Source: Haliangiales bacterium
GTDB lineage: Bacteria; Myxococcota_A; Polyangia; Haliangiales; Haliangiaceae
Direction: 5' to 3'
DNA length: 64,000 bases
NCBI GenBank assembly: GCA_038321315.1
Contig: JBBQEX010000005.1
Span: 36,097 to 100,096 of the forward strand
Both the position numbers and the translations under genes were made by a program. Shown here in pieces: positions 1 to 11,084 of the stretch (position 1 is the stretch's first letter; each line of letters begins with the position of its first letter). Under the pieces are notes generated by a model that worked only from the letters and a program-made list of their open reading frames with translations, did not search any database and was not told the DNA's origin.

Positions 1-1151
1 GTGATGAACGTGCGGTCGACGCGGATCCGACCGTGGCCGAGCTCGACGAGATCGCTGAGCTGGAGCCCGTCGGCGATCACCAGCGTGTCGGTCGTCGCGG
101 TCAGCACGCGCGTCTTGTCTCCGGGTGCGCGCGAGGCGGCGACCCGGATCGAGAGTCCGTCGTCGAGGATCTGGAGCGCGCCGACCGCGAGCTTGCCGTC
201 GTTGGTCACCAGCGTGACCGCGCCGTTCGGTCGGACCTGCGGGACGAGCGCGGCCGAGCGCGCGAGCAGCGACGTCACCGCGAACGCGAATGGATCGGTC
301 GCGATGTCGAGCCACGCCGGCTGGTTGGCCTGCGGTGGCATCAAGGTCTGCGAGCTCGGCCGCCACTTGTCGTCGAACCGATCGCGGGCCTCGATGATGC
401 CGGTCGCGGCTCCGAGCTCGACGCGCGCGACCTCCTTGAGGCGCGCCGCGAGCAGCTTGCCGCCGTTGGTCGGGCCGCGCGCGCGCGTCAGGATCCGGGC
501 GAGTCGCGCCTCGTAGTCATCGAGCGCGTCGTTCGCGCACGAGGTCTTGTCGCCGCAGTCGACCAGCTTCTTGCCGAGCGTGTCGATCAGATCGCCGAGC
601 AGTGGATCGTCGACGATCTGCTGGTGATCGGTGGTCACGACGAACGTGCAGAACCGGTAGCCGGTCGCGAAGAAGCCGGTGTCGCCCGGGATCATCACGC
701 GATACTGCGGATCGCTCGCGCCGGCGCGGCGCCACGGCGCCGACACCAGGACCGCGGCGTCGCGCACGCCGAGCTCGGCGCGCGGGAACAGCTCGAACGC
801 GCGATGGGTGCCGGCGTGCATCGTCGGGATGTCGAGCTCGCGCTCCGGGGTGTCCTCGTCATCGCCTTCGTCGTCGGCGGCCGAGTGTGCGGTCGCGTCG
901 ATCCGGAGATCGTGGAGCACCGCGCCACACTCGGGCCCGGCGCCGCCAAACAGGTGTGCCGAGCCGACGCGGACGACGATCGCCTGCGCCGCCTCGACGT
1001 GGGCCTCCGCGGAGCCCGCCAGGTAGAACGCTCGCCCGGCGGGGACCTCCTGATCGGGGCCGGCGTCGGTGAGGGTCACCGTCGGGATCTCGTCGGCGGC
1101 GGCAGGCGCCACCAGACCGACGAGCAGGGACAAGGCCAGGTGATTGCGCAA
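1..1151 (-). CDS. Hypothetical secreted protein; N-terminus inside window, C-terminus runs past window start
   Basis: Reverse-strand translation from a TTG/alternative start near 1151 reads (L)RNHLALSLLVGLVAPAAADEIPTV... as an open frame down to position 1. The N-terminus has a signal-peptide-like hydrophobic stretch. The ORF is absent from the track because it lacks an ATG start. The start codon is uncertain. Confidence 0.4.
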   Translation of the reverse strand, partial: MRNHLALSLLVGLVAPAAADEIPTVTLTDAGPDQEVPAGRAFYLAGSAEAHVEAAQAIVVRVGSAHLFGGAGPECGAVLHDLRIDATAHSAADDEGDDEDTPERELDIPTMHAGTHRAFELFPRAELGVRDAAVLVSAPWRRAGASDPQYRVMIPGDTGFFATGYRFCTFVVTTDHQQIVDDPLLGDLIDTLGKKLVDCGDKTSCANDALDDYEARLARILTRARGPTNGGKLLAARLKEVARVELGAATGIIEARDRFDDKWRPSSQTLMPPQANQPAWLDIATDPFAFAVTSLLARSAALVPQVRPNGAVTLVTNDGKLAVGALQILDDGLSIRVAASRAPGDKTRVLTATTDTLVIADGLQLSDLVELGHGRIRVDRTFI

Positions 1152-1325
1152 CGCGGAAATTATCGTAGCGAGCCCGGCGAAGTGTGTCGAACTATGGAGA
1201 AAGCCTGACGCTGGCAAACCACACTTCGTGCCCCCCCTGTGTCCGGGGCGCAACGGGTTTGGTCGCCGAACCCCACGAAACCACGCGAGAACGCGTCGGC
1301 GCGACGCTTGCTCGTGCTTCGCACC

Positions 1326-2405
1326 ATGCGGACGTCCACCTGGCTCTCGGTATTCACCCTGTCGGCGTTCTCGACCCTCCCGGCGTACGCGAGCCATGGC
1401 TCGGTGAGCAGTGGTGGATCGTCATCGTCGTCGTCGTCGTCATCATCATCGTCGTCGTCATCGAGCTCGCGCGCGTCGTCGTCGTCCGGTGGTGGCAGCA
1501 GCTCGCACACGTCGAGCCCGGTCAGCCACGGCACCACGACCAGCGGTGGTGGCTCGCACGGTGGGGGTGGCTGGGGTGGTGGGGGCGGCACGGTTCGCGA
1601 TCACCGCAGCCACGGCGGTGGTGGTGGTGGCGGCAGTGGTCGCCCGATCTCGCACGGGGATGGCGCCGGCGGCATCACGTTCGGCGATTCGCCCGGTCAC
1701 GGCGACCCGAATGGCCCGACTGGACCGACGGTGCGCGATCATCGGCATCCGATCGTCGTCGACGGCGTCGTGGTCGACAGCGGCGGCGATGATAGCGGCT
1801 ACTACTACGACTGCTGCTCGACCGACGACGCGGTCGGCTATCGCGAGGCGCCGTACGGCGCGTGGGGTCGCCCGAGCGAGATGCCGCACCTCGCGATCGA
1901 GCTCGGGACCGGCATGCGCCGGTTCGGCGATCCGCTCGCGAGCCAGCTCGGCACCAAGGCCAGCGTCGATAGCGCGATCACCACGCAGCTCCGTTTCCTC
2001 GTCCACATGCACGGCGCGCTCTACCTCGGTGCCGAAGGCGAGCTCGGCGGCCTGATGACGCACGGGCCGAGTACGGGGACGACCGATCCGATGATGTCGC
2101 CGACCTCGGCGATGGTGTTCGGCGGCGCCGGCGTGGTCGGCGCGATGTCGCGGCAGGGCAACGCCGCGTTCGGGGTCGAGCTCGCTGTCGGCGGTCGCTC
2201 GGTGGTCTATCAGTTCGAGACGCTCGACGAAAAGTCGGCGCAGTCCGCGACCTCGGCCCTCGTCGAGCCGCGGGCTCGCGCGCAGTACTGGGTCACGCCG
2301 TTCGTCGCGCTCGGCGCGCAGGCCGGCGCGAACATCATCAACCGCGGCGACTGGATGGCGGGCGCGTTCCTGTCGCTCCACACCCGTGCGTTCGGCAACG
2401 ACTAA
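1326..2405 (+). CDS. Secreted protein with a Ser/Gly/His-rich low-complexity region and a C-terminal outer-membrane beta-barrel-like domain
   Basis: ATG at 1326 (MRTSTWLSVFTLSAFSTLPAYA) gives a signal peptide. A poly-Ser run and Gly/His runs (GGGGWGGGGG, TVRDHR repeated) follow. The C-terminus has alternating hydrophobic strands (AFGVELAVGG, YWVTPFVALGAQAG, AGAFLSLHTRAF) typical of OMP beta-barrels. The antisense ORF 1160..1591 is a composition artefact. Confidence 0.55.
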   Translation: MRTSTWLSVFTLSAFSTLPAYASHGSVSSGGSSSSSSSSSSSSSSSSSRASSSSGGGSSSHTSSPVSHGTTTSGGGSHGGGGWGGGGGTVRDHRSHGGGGGGGSGRPISHGDGAGGITFGDSPGHGDPNGPTGPTVRDHRHPIVVDGVVVDSGGDDSGYYYDCCSTDDAVGYREAPYGAWGRPSEMPHLAIELGTGMRRFGDPLASQLGTKASVDSAITTQLRFLVHMHGALYLGAEGELGGLMTHGPSTGTTDPMMSPTSAMVFGGAGVVGAMSRQGNAAFGVELAVGGRSVVYQFETLDEKSAQSATSALVEPRARAQYWVTPFVALGAQAGANIINRGDWMAGAFLSLHTRAFGND

Positions 2406-2861
2406 GGCTTCGCGGCGAGCTCGCGCACGACGCGCAGCGCCTCGTCGATGTGCTTGCCGAACCGGATCATCGAGTCGAACCGGTGGACGAGCTTGCCGGT
2501 CTTGTCGAACACGAACGTGACGCGGCCGGCGAGGCCGAGCGTCTTCTTGACGCCCCACGCGTCGGCGACCTTGCCGCCCGGATCGGTGAGCAGCGTGAAC
2601 GGCAGCCGGTGGTTCGCCTTGAACTTCTCGTGCTTCTGCGCGTCGTCCTTCGAGATTCCGATGACGTCGGCGCCGGCGTCGGTGAACGCCTGGTACTGGT
2701 CGCGAAAGCCGCACGCTTCGATCGTGCAGCCGTAGGTCTCGTCGGCCGGATAGAAGTAGACGACGAGCGCCTTCTGACCGAGGTGATCGCGGAGCTTCAC
2801 GTCGCCCTCGGCGCCGCGCAACGTCGAGTCGGGCATCGGGTCGCCGGAGCGGAGGTCGGCC

Positions 2862-2863
<2 letters not shown>
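2402..2863 (-). CDS. bcp: Thiol peroxidase, Bcp-type peroxiredoxin (AhpC/TSA family)
   Basis: MADLRSGDPMPDSTLRGAEGDVKLRDHLGQKALVVYFYPADETYGCTIEACGFRD carries the peroxidatic-Cys motif and the Prx fold. Start taken at MADL, 24 codons inside ORF 2402..2935. Confidence 0.8.
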
Positions 2864-4355
<1,492 letters not shown>

Positions 4356-4889
4356 TCAGTTCGCCGTGAAGCTCGCCGAGGCGATCGTCGCCTTGCAGTC
4401 GGGGATCGTGGTGCCGTCGCCGATGTTGATCTCGGTGAACGCGAGGTTCGAGACCGTGCCGGTGATCGGCGCGGTCACCGTCGTCAGCGTGATGCTGCCG
4501 GCGCTCGCGAAGTAGAACTTCGACGGGCCGCTGGCCGGGATGATGTCGGCGATGATGTTCGTGCACAGGCCGCACGTCGTGTAGTTGGCGTCCGCGCCGG
4601 CGATCGGATACGTGCCGGGCGCGACGCCACCGGCGAACACGCCCTTGCCGGGAACCAGCTTGATGAACAGGTCGTCCTTGCCCGGCGGCCCCGGATCGAG
4701 GACGACCGTGATCGTCGTGCCGCCGCCCGCGGATCCGGCGGTCCCGGTCACCGCGCCGAGCGCGCCGTACGCCGGCTTGACGAGGCAGGTCGCCGACGGA
4801 TCTGCATCGGGCTGCGGCGTGCTGTCGATCAACACGGTCGCCGGATCCGAGCTACAGCCGACCAGAAGTGCAACGAGGGCGAGGCGCAT
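4356..4889 (-). CDS. Hypothetical lipoprotein
   Basis: MRLALVALLVGCSSDP has a lipobox (LVGC). The rest of the 177-aa protein is Thr/Gly/Ala-rich and has no recognisable catalytic motif. Confidence 0.7.
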   Translation of the reverse strand: MRLALVALLVGCSSDPATVLIDSTPQPDADPSATCLVKPAYGALGAVTGTAGSAGGGTTITVVLDPGPPGKDDLFIKLVPGKGVFAGGVAPGTYPIAGADANYTTCGLCTNIIADIIPASGPSKFYFASAGSITLTTVTAPITGTVSNLAFTEINIGDGTTIPDCKATIASASFTAN

Positions 4890-4904
4890 CGCCCGAGTAT
4901 CGCA

Positions 4905-7900
4905 CTACGGCGTCGTCGTGAGGACGCCGAGCATCGTCGGGTCGAACACCAGGCCGGCGTTCGAGCCCGCGCCGTCGAGGTCGCAGTACGTCCAGTTGCT
5001 GCCGTCGCGCGTCGCGCGGCTCGTGTAGCTGAACGTGCCGGCCGGGCCCGGCGCGAGGAACGTCCCGACGTTCCGGTCGTTGTTGCCGACCTGGCTGTCG
5101 AAGCTCGTCGGGAACCAGGTGAACGGCGCGATCCGCGGGTCGGATGCGGCGGCGCCGTAGCCGATCTGCATCGTGATGCGCGCGGACGGACCGGCCGCCT
5201 CGGTGAGGCCGGCGTCGTAGACGATGCCGTAGATCGGCACGGTCGCCGTACCGACCTGCTGGCTCGTCGCGGCCGGCGTGTCGAGCACGCAGTAGTCGAG
5301 CTCGGCGGCCTTGCCGGTCCCGTTGGCGGCGCACGCGCACGCCTGTGCGGGCGAGCCGCTGTCGCGCGGGCTCACCGCGGTGAGCGTGCTGATCGCGAAG
5401 TCGGTATCGTTGTCGTTGACGTCGGCACAGCCGCCGCCGTTGCGCACCGCGCCCTTGGTGGCCGACGTCGCGATCGTATTGCCGGCGCCCTCGACGCAGT
5501 TCGCCGTCGTGCCGTAACCGAGGAAGTCGATCGTGTTCGCGACCGGGCAGGCCCCGGCCAGCGCGACGACGCCGTCGACGAGCGCGACCTTGCCACCGGT
5601 TCCGGACAGGTCGAACGCCACGGTCGCGTCGACCGCGGGCAACGCCGCGCCGACCACGCCGCCGCTCCCGCCACCGATCAGGAAGTAGCCACCGGGCGGC
5701 ACCACGGCGCTCGGCAGCGCGCCGACCGCCCACCCGGTGCCCGCGCTGCTCGCGTACTGGATCGACAGCCCGGCGGTGCTGGCCGGCGTCGCGCCGGCGT
5801 TGTGGAGCTCGATGAAGTCGTTCTGGATCACCGCGCCCATATTTCCACCGCCACCGTAGACCTGACTGATCAGGAGGCCGGTGGCACACGCGCCGTCGGT
5901 CGTCACCGTGAACCCGGTCGCCTGCGTGAAGTCCGCGAGGGCCGGCACGCCCGCGGCGTTCGCGATCGTCGCGAGCACGCGGATCCGGTAGGTCGCGAAC
6001 GGCGTCAGCGGCGCGGCCGGCGCGAAGCTGGCGACCGTCGGGGTCATCATCACCGGCGCCGCGGCGGCGAACCCGATGCAGGTCGTGAACCCGTCACCCG
6101 ACAGCTGCACGGTGCCGGTGCACGGGCCGCTCGCGAGCTGGCCGACCAGCGACGCGGTCGCCGGGACCTCGTTGAACGCGACCGCGATCGCGGCGGCCGT
6201 GCGCACGTTCGGGGCGCCATCGGACGGGATCGTCGAGGTGACCGCGATCGTCGGCACGGTGACCGTCGTCGTGCCGGTCGCGCCGCCCTGGGTCGCGGTG
6301 ATCGAGGTCGAGCCGACCGCGACGCCGGTGACCTTGCCGCGCGGGCTGGTCGACGTCACCGTCGCGACCGCGATGTCGATCGAGGCCCACGTCGCGGTCG
6401 TCGTGACGACCTGGAGCGTCGCATCGGTCATCGTCGCGGTCGCGACCAGCTGCTGCGTGGCCGCGACCGCCACGCTCGGGTTCGCCGGCGTGATCGCGAT
6501 CGACACGATCGTCGCGGCGGTGACCGTCAGCGTCGTGGTGTTCGAGATCGTGCCGAGCGTCGCGCTGATCGTCGTCGGGCCGGCCTTGAGCGTCGTCGCG
6601 ACGCCCTCGCTGCCCGGCGCGTTCGAGATCTGCGCGACCGTCATGTCGGTCGAGGCCCACGTGACCTGCGTCGTGAGGTTCACCGTCGACGCGTCGTCGT
6701 AGGTGCCGGTCGCGGTGAAGCTGACCGGCAGGCCCTTGGCGACCGAGGGCGCGGTGGGCGTGATCGCGATCGACACCAGGTTGCGATCGTGGACCGCGAG
6801 CGTCGTCGTGCCGGTGATGCCGGACAGCGTCGCGGTGATCGTCGCGGGCGTCACGTTGCCGGCGATGCCGGTCGCGAGGCCCTGCGAGCCGCCGGCGTTC
6901 GAGATCTGCGCGGTCGTCGTCGGCAGCGCAGCCCACATCACCGACGTCGTGAGGATCTGGGTCGACGTGTCGCTGAACGTGCCGGTCGCGATGAACTGCT
7001 GCGTGGTGCCGGTGGCGATCATCGGATCGGGCGGCGTGATCGCGATCGACTCGAGCACGGCGTTGGTGACGGTGAGCGTCGTCGATCCCGACACCAGGCC
7101 GATCGTCGCGCTGATCGTCGTCGGTCCGACGGCCTTGGCGGTCGCGAGGCCGCCGCTCGCGATCTGCGCGACCGTGGTGTCGGACGAGGCCCAGGTGACC
7201 GACGCGGTGATGTCGGCGACCGTGGTGTCGCTGTAGGTGCCTTCGGCGGTGAACGCCAGCGTGCGGCCCTTCGGCAGCGACGGGTTCGTCGGCATCACCT
7301 GGATCGACACCAGCGTCGCCGCGGTCACGGTCAGCGTGGTCTCGCCGTGGATCGTGCCGAGCGTGGCCCGGATCTGCGTCGGGCCCGCCGCGCCGAGGTT
7401 GTTCGTCGTCGCGAGCCCACCCGGCGCGATCGTGGCGACCGCATCGCTCGACGACCACGTCACCATCGCGGTGATGTCGACGACCGACGTGTCGGTGTAC
7501 GTGCCCATCGCGGTGAACTGCACCATCGAGTTGCCCGATGCCGACGGGTTGATCGGCGTGACCTGGATCGAGAGCAGGTCCGCAGCCGTGACGGTCAGCG
7601 TCGTCGTGCCGATGAATCCACCTGACATCGCGGTGACCGTCGACGTGCCGGGCGACACCGCGGTCGCGAGGCCGGTCGCCGGATCGATCGTCGCGTGTGC
7701 GCCGCTCGCGCTCCACGTCGCGGTCAGCGGCGTGGTCGTCGCGTCGCTCAGCGTGCCGGTCGCGACGAACTGCTTCGTGAGGCCCTTGGCGAGCGACGGA
7801 TCGATCGGCGTGACCTGGACCGACACCAGCACCGCCGGCGTCACCGTCAGCACCGTCGAGTCCGCGATCGTGCCGGACGACGCCTTGATCGTCGTCGTGC

Positions 7901-9494
7901 CGACCGCCAGGGTCGTCGCGAGGCCGAACGAGCCCATCGCGTTCGAGATCGTCGCCTTGGTCTCGTCAGCTGACTCCCACAACACCGTGTTCGTCACGTC
8001 CTGCATCGTGGTGTCGCTCAGCGTGCCCATCGCCTTGAACTGCTGGGTGAAGCCATGCGCCACCGACGGCGCGACCGGAGTGACGACGATCGAGACCAGC
8101 ACGGCGGGCGTGACGGTGAGCGTCGTCCCTCCGCTGATCGCGCCCGAGGTCGCGGTGATCGTCGTCGTGCCGACCGCGAGCGCGGTGGCGGTCCCGTGAT
8201 CCGCCGCGTTCGAGATCTTCGCGATGTTCTGATCGGACGACGTCCACGCGACCGAGTCGGTGATGTCCGTCATCGTCGCGTCGCTGAACGTGCCCATCGC
8301 GGTGAACTGCTGCGTGTAGCCGCGCGCGAGGTTCGTGGCGACCGGCGTGACCGCGATCGAGACCAGCTCGGCGTCGGTCACGGTCAGCGTCGTCGTGCCG
8401 ACCGTGGTGCCGCTCGTCGCGGTGATCATCGAGGTGCCCGGAGCGACCGCGGCGGCGAGGCCACTCGCGCTGTCGATCGTCGCGGTCGCGGTCGTCACCG
8501 ACGCCCACGCGACGCTGCCGGCGAGATCCTGCACGGTGTGGTCGCTGAACGTCCCCTTGGCGACGAACTGCTGCGTGCGCCCGCGCGCGACCGTCGGGTT
8601 CGCCGGGGTGATCGCGATCGACGTCAGCACCGCGTCGGACACGGTGACCAGCGTCATGCCGTGGATCGCACCGTACGTCGCGGTGATCGTGGCGGTGCCC
8701 TTGGCCACGCCGGTGACGAGGCCGCTCGCGGCGACCGTCGCGTGACCCGCCGTGTCCGACATCCACGCCGCGGTCGCGGTGAGGTCCTGCACGGTGTGAT
8801 CGCTGAACGTGCCGGTCGCGGTCAGCTGCTTGGTCGTGCCGGCGGCGAACGTCGGCGTCGTCGGCGTGACGGCGACCGAAACCAGCGTGGCATTGGTGAT
8901 CGTCGTCGTCGCGGTGCCGCTGATCGCGCCGAGCGTCGCGGTGATCGTCGACGTACCGGCGGTGAGCCCGGCGAGCATGCCGGCGCCGTCGACCGTCGCG
9001 ACCGCGGTCGTCGCGCTCGCCCACGTGACCTGCGCCGTGACGTCCATCGTCGTCGAGTCGCTGTAGATGCCGGTCGCGGTGAGCTGGCGCGACGTGCCGG
9101 CCGCGAGCTGCGGCGCCGGCGGCGTGACGCCGATCGCGACCAGCGTCGCACTACCGACGGTGACCGCCACGGTCGCGCTCAGGCCGCCGCTCGTCGCGGT
9201 GATCGTCGCCGCGCCCGGACCGACGCCGCGGATCGCGGCCTCGCCGTCGGTGGTCGGCGTCGCGGTCGCGACGGTCGCGTTGCTCGACGCCCAGGTCAGC
9301 TCGCTCGGCACGGTGCCGTCGGCGGTCGTCACCTTGACCGTGACGGTCTCGCCGGCGACCAGGCTGAGGCTGTCGGTGCTGATCAGCAGCGAGCCGGTCG
9401 GCGTCTTGGCGTGGTCGTTGTCGCCGCACGCGAACAGCGCGACGACGACGAACCAGACCCCCACGAACCTCGTCAACCCGCGCGATGAAAGCAT
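4905..9494 (-). CDS. Giant cell-surface lipoprotein with about 12 tandem Big_2 (bacterial Ig-like group 2) domains, an SbsA-type Ig-like domain and a lamin-tail domain
   Basis: Real start MLSSRGLTRFVGVWFVVVALFACGDNDH (lipobox LFAC) at 9494. The upstream 571 codons of ORF 4905..11207 are antisense to the carboxypeptidase gene and Arg-rich. A roughly 90-aa unit (LVSIAVTPxxPxxAxGxTQQFTATGTFSDxTxxDxTxxVxWxS...GLAxAxxxGTxTITATxG...TLTVT) repeats about 12 times. The C-terminal part has LLISQVYGGGG...NDFIELHN...GWAVGALPSAVVPPGGYFLIGG, which is LTD-like. Confidence 0.8.
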   Translation of the reverse strand: MLSSRGLTRFVGVWFVVVALFACGDNDHAKTPTGSLLISTDSLSLVAGETVTVKVTTADGTVPSELTWASSNATVATATPTTDGEAAIRGVGPGAATITATSGGLSATVAVTVGSATLVAIGVTPPAPQLAAGTSRQLTATGIYSDSTTMDVTAQVTWASATTAVATVDGAGMLAGLTAGTSTITATLGAISGTATTTITNATLVSVAVTPTTPTFAAGTTKQLTATGTFSDHTVQDLTATAAWMSDTAGHATVAASGLVTGVAKGTATITATYGAIHGMTLVTVSDAVLTSIAITPANPTVARGRTQQFVAKGTFSDHTVQDLAGSVAWASVTTATATIDSASGLAAAVAPGTSMITATSGTTVGTTTLTVTDAELVSIAVTPVATNLARGYTQQFTAMGTFSDATMTDITDSVAWTSSDQNIAKISNAADHGTATALAVGTTTITATSGAISGGTTLTVTPAVLVSIVVTPVAPSVAHGFTQQFKAMGTLSDTTMQDVTNTVLWESADETKATISNAMGSFGLATTLAVGTTTIKASSGTIADSTVLTVTPAVLVSVQVTPIDPSLAKGLTKQFVATGTLSDATTTPLTATWSASGAHATIDPATGLATAVSPGTSTVTAMSGGFIGTTTLTVTAADLLSIQVTPINPSASGNSMVQFTAMGTYTDTSVVDITAMVTWSSSDAVATIAPGGLATTNNLGAAGPTQIRATLGTIHGETTLTVTAATLVSIQVMPTNPSLPKGRTLAFTAEGTYSDTTVADITASVTWASSDTTVAQIASGGLATAKAVGPTTISATIGLVSGSTTLTVTNAVLESIAITPPDPMIATGTTQQFIATGTFSDTSTQILTTSVMWAALPTTTAQISNAGGSQGLATGIAGNVTPATITATLSGITGTTTLAVHDRNLVSIAITPTAPSVAKGLPVSFTATGTYDDASTVNLTTQVTWASTDMTVAQISNAPGSEGVATTLKAGPTTISATLGTISNTTTLTVTAATIVSIAITPANPSVAVAATQQLVATATMTDATLQVVTTTATWASIDIAVATVTSTSPRGKVTGVAVGSTSITATQGGATGTTTVTVPTIAVTSTIPSDGAPNVRTAAAIAVAFNEVPATASLVGQLASGPCTGTVQLSGDGFTTCIGFAAAAPVMMTPTVASFAPAAPLTPFATYRIRVLATIANAAGVPALADFTQATGFTVTTDGACATGLLISQVYGGGGNMGAVIQNDFIELHNAGATPASTAGLSIQYASSAGTGWAVGALPSAVVPPGGYFLIGGGSGGVVGAALPAVDATVAFDLSGTGGKVALVDGVVALAGACPVANTIDFLGYGTTANCVEGAGNTIATSATKGAVRNGGGCADVNDNDTDFAISTLTAVSPRDSGSPAQACACAANGTGKAAELDYCVLDTPAATSQQVGTATVPIYGIVYDAGLTEAAGPSARITMQIGYGAAASDPRIAPFTWFPTSFDSQVGNNDRNVGTFLAPGPAGTFSYTSRATRDGSNWTYCDLDGAGSNAGLVFDPTMLGVLTTTP

Positions 9495-9565
9495 GCCGGG
9501 GGTTTCGCAGATGCCGGTTCGCCGGTCCAGCGGTTTGCGAGCGATGTCCGGGTCGAATGCAACGC

Positions 9566-9826
9566 TCAGACCGCAGCGCTCGCGGACTTGCCGGGTGCGC
9601 GATCGACGACCTCGTCGACTCCCGACTGACGTGCGCAATGCGCACAGCAGAAGTACTGACCGTGCGCTTCGAGCCCGTGCCCGATGATCGGCACCGTGCA
9701 GTAGGCGCACCGCGGCGCGAGCACCTGGATCGCACACTGGAACGAATCGAACGTGTGCGTCGTGCCGCCGATCGAGATCTCGAACGCCTTGTCGTAGGTA
9801 TTGCCGCAGCATTCGCATTTCTTCAT
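9566..9826 (-). CDS. Small Cys/His-rich protein with two YHS/TRASH-like metal-binding modules
   Basis: MKKCECCGNTYDKAFEISIGGTTHTFDSFQCAIQVLAPRCAYCTVPIIGHGLEAHGQYFCCAHCARQSG... has 9 Cys and 4 His in 86 aa. The two halves each fit the YHS pattern C-x-C-G...Y.G..Y.FC..C. Start ATG is 94 codons inside ORF 9566..10108. The gene is divergent from the M14 operon. Confidence 0.6.
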   Translation of the reverse strand: MKKCECCGNTYDKAFEISIGGTTHTFDSFQCAIQVLAPRCAYCTVPIIGHGLEAHGQYFCCAHCARQSGVDEVVDRAPGKSASAAV

Positions 9827-9872
9827 GGAGCCGGCGGTTGCAAGACCTGCACCCGGCGCGCACCGCGCTACA

Positions 9873-11084
9873 ATGAAGGGAATGCGCCGCGACCTCGTGG
9901 ACGGATTTCGTGGCCGGTTCGTCGCAGCGAGCGGGCTTGCCCTGGCGGCGATGCTCGTGTGTCGCGCGCCGTCGCCGGCACCGACCCACGTCGCGATCCG
10001 CGTGGCGTGCGCCGGTGACACGTGCGCGCTCGCCGAATCGCTCGCCATCGACGTGTGGAGCGAGGAGCGCGGCCCGACGCTGCCGCTCGACCTCGTCGTG
10101 CCCGACACCGCGCTGGCGACCCTCGCGGCCGCGGGCGTGACGTGGGAGGTGCTCGTGCCGGATGTCGACGCGGTCGCCGAGGCCGAGCACGCGCGCCTGC
10201 AGGTGCCGAACGCCGACTTCTTCGGCGAGTTCCGCGACTACGGCGCGATCACGACGCGACTCCACGAGCTCGCCGAGCAGGCGCCCGATCGGGTCGGCCT
10301 GCAGTCGATCGGAACCTCGCTCCAGGGCCGGCCGATCTGGGCGCTGAAGATCGGGCACGGCGCGACGCCGATGCTGGTCGACGGCACGCAACACGCGCGC
10401 GAGTGGATCGCCGCGATGACGACGACCTGCGTCGCCGATCGCCTGGTGCACGACTACGCGACCGACCCGGCGGTGCGCGCGTTCGTCGATGGCACGACGC
10501 TGTGGATCGTGCCGGTCGACAATCCCGACGGCTACCAGTACTCGTGGAGCGACCGGCGCTACTGGCGCAAGAACCGCCGCGACGGTCACGGCGTCGATCT
10601 CAACCGCAACTTCTCGGTCGCGTGGGGTGGGGCGGGAGCGAGCCGGCGCGAGTCCTCCGAGGTCTATGCCGGCCCGTATGCGTTCTCGGAGCCCGAGTCG
10701 AGCGCGCTGCGAGACCTCGCGAAGCGCGAGCGGTTCGCGCTGCACGTCGACTTCCACGCGTACGGCCAGCTCGTGCTCTACCCGTGGAACCACACCGGCA
10801 CGCCGACCAAGGATCGCGATCGGTTCGCCGGTATCGGCGATCGGATGGCCTCGGCGATCTTCGCGACGCACCAGGTGCGTTACGCGCTGATGCCAGGGAT
10901 CGACCTGTACGCCGCCGCCGGGACGATGACCGACTGGATGTACGGCGAGGCCGGAGCGCTGTCGTACACGATCGAGCTGCGGCCGAAAGGTGGCAGCGGC
11001 TTCGTCCTGCCGCCCGCGCAGATCCGACCGACGTGCGACGAGGGTCTCGCCGCGGTGCTCGCGCTGCGCGCCGGACTCAGATGA
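9873..11084 (+). CDS. Zinc carboxypeptidase, peptidase M14 family, secreted
   Basis: HAREWIA, NPDGY, WRKNR, GVDLNRNF, FHAYGQ and YTIELRP are M14 (carboxypeptidase A-like) signatures. N-terminal signal MKGMRRDLVDGFRGRFVAASGLALAAMLV. Start ATG at 9873, in frame with ORF 9801. Confidence 0.85.
   Translation: MKGMRRDLVDGFRGRFVAASGLALAAMLVCRAPSPAPTHVAIRVACAGDTCALAESLAIDVWSEERGPTLPLDLVVPDTALATLAAAGVTWEVLVPDVDAVAEAEHARLQVPNADFFGEFRDYGAITTRLHELAEQAPDRVGLQSIGTSLQGRPIWALKIGHGATPMLVDGTQHAREWIAAMTTTCVADRLVHDYATDPAVRAFVDGTTLWIVPVDNPDGYQYSWSDRRYWRKNRRDGHGVDLNRNFSVAWGGAGASRRESSEVYAGPYAFSEPESSALRDLAKRERFALHVDFHAYGQLVLYPWNHTGTPTKDRDRFAGIGDRMASAIFATHQVRYALMPGIDLYAAAGTMTDWMYGEAGALSYTIELRPKGGSGFVLPPAQIRPTCDEGLAAVLALRAGLR

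Noticed and set aside
4905-9494. Periodic repeats suggestive of a CRISPR array or satellite
   Set aside because: The 270-bp periodicity is protein-coding (Big_2 domain repeats). The repeats are imperfect and lack spacer structure, and no cas genes are nearby.
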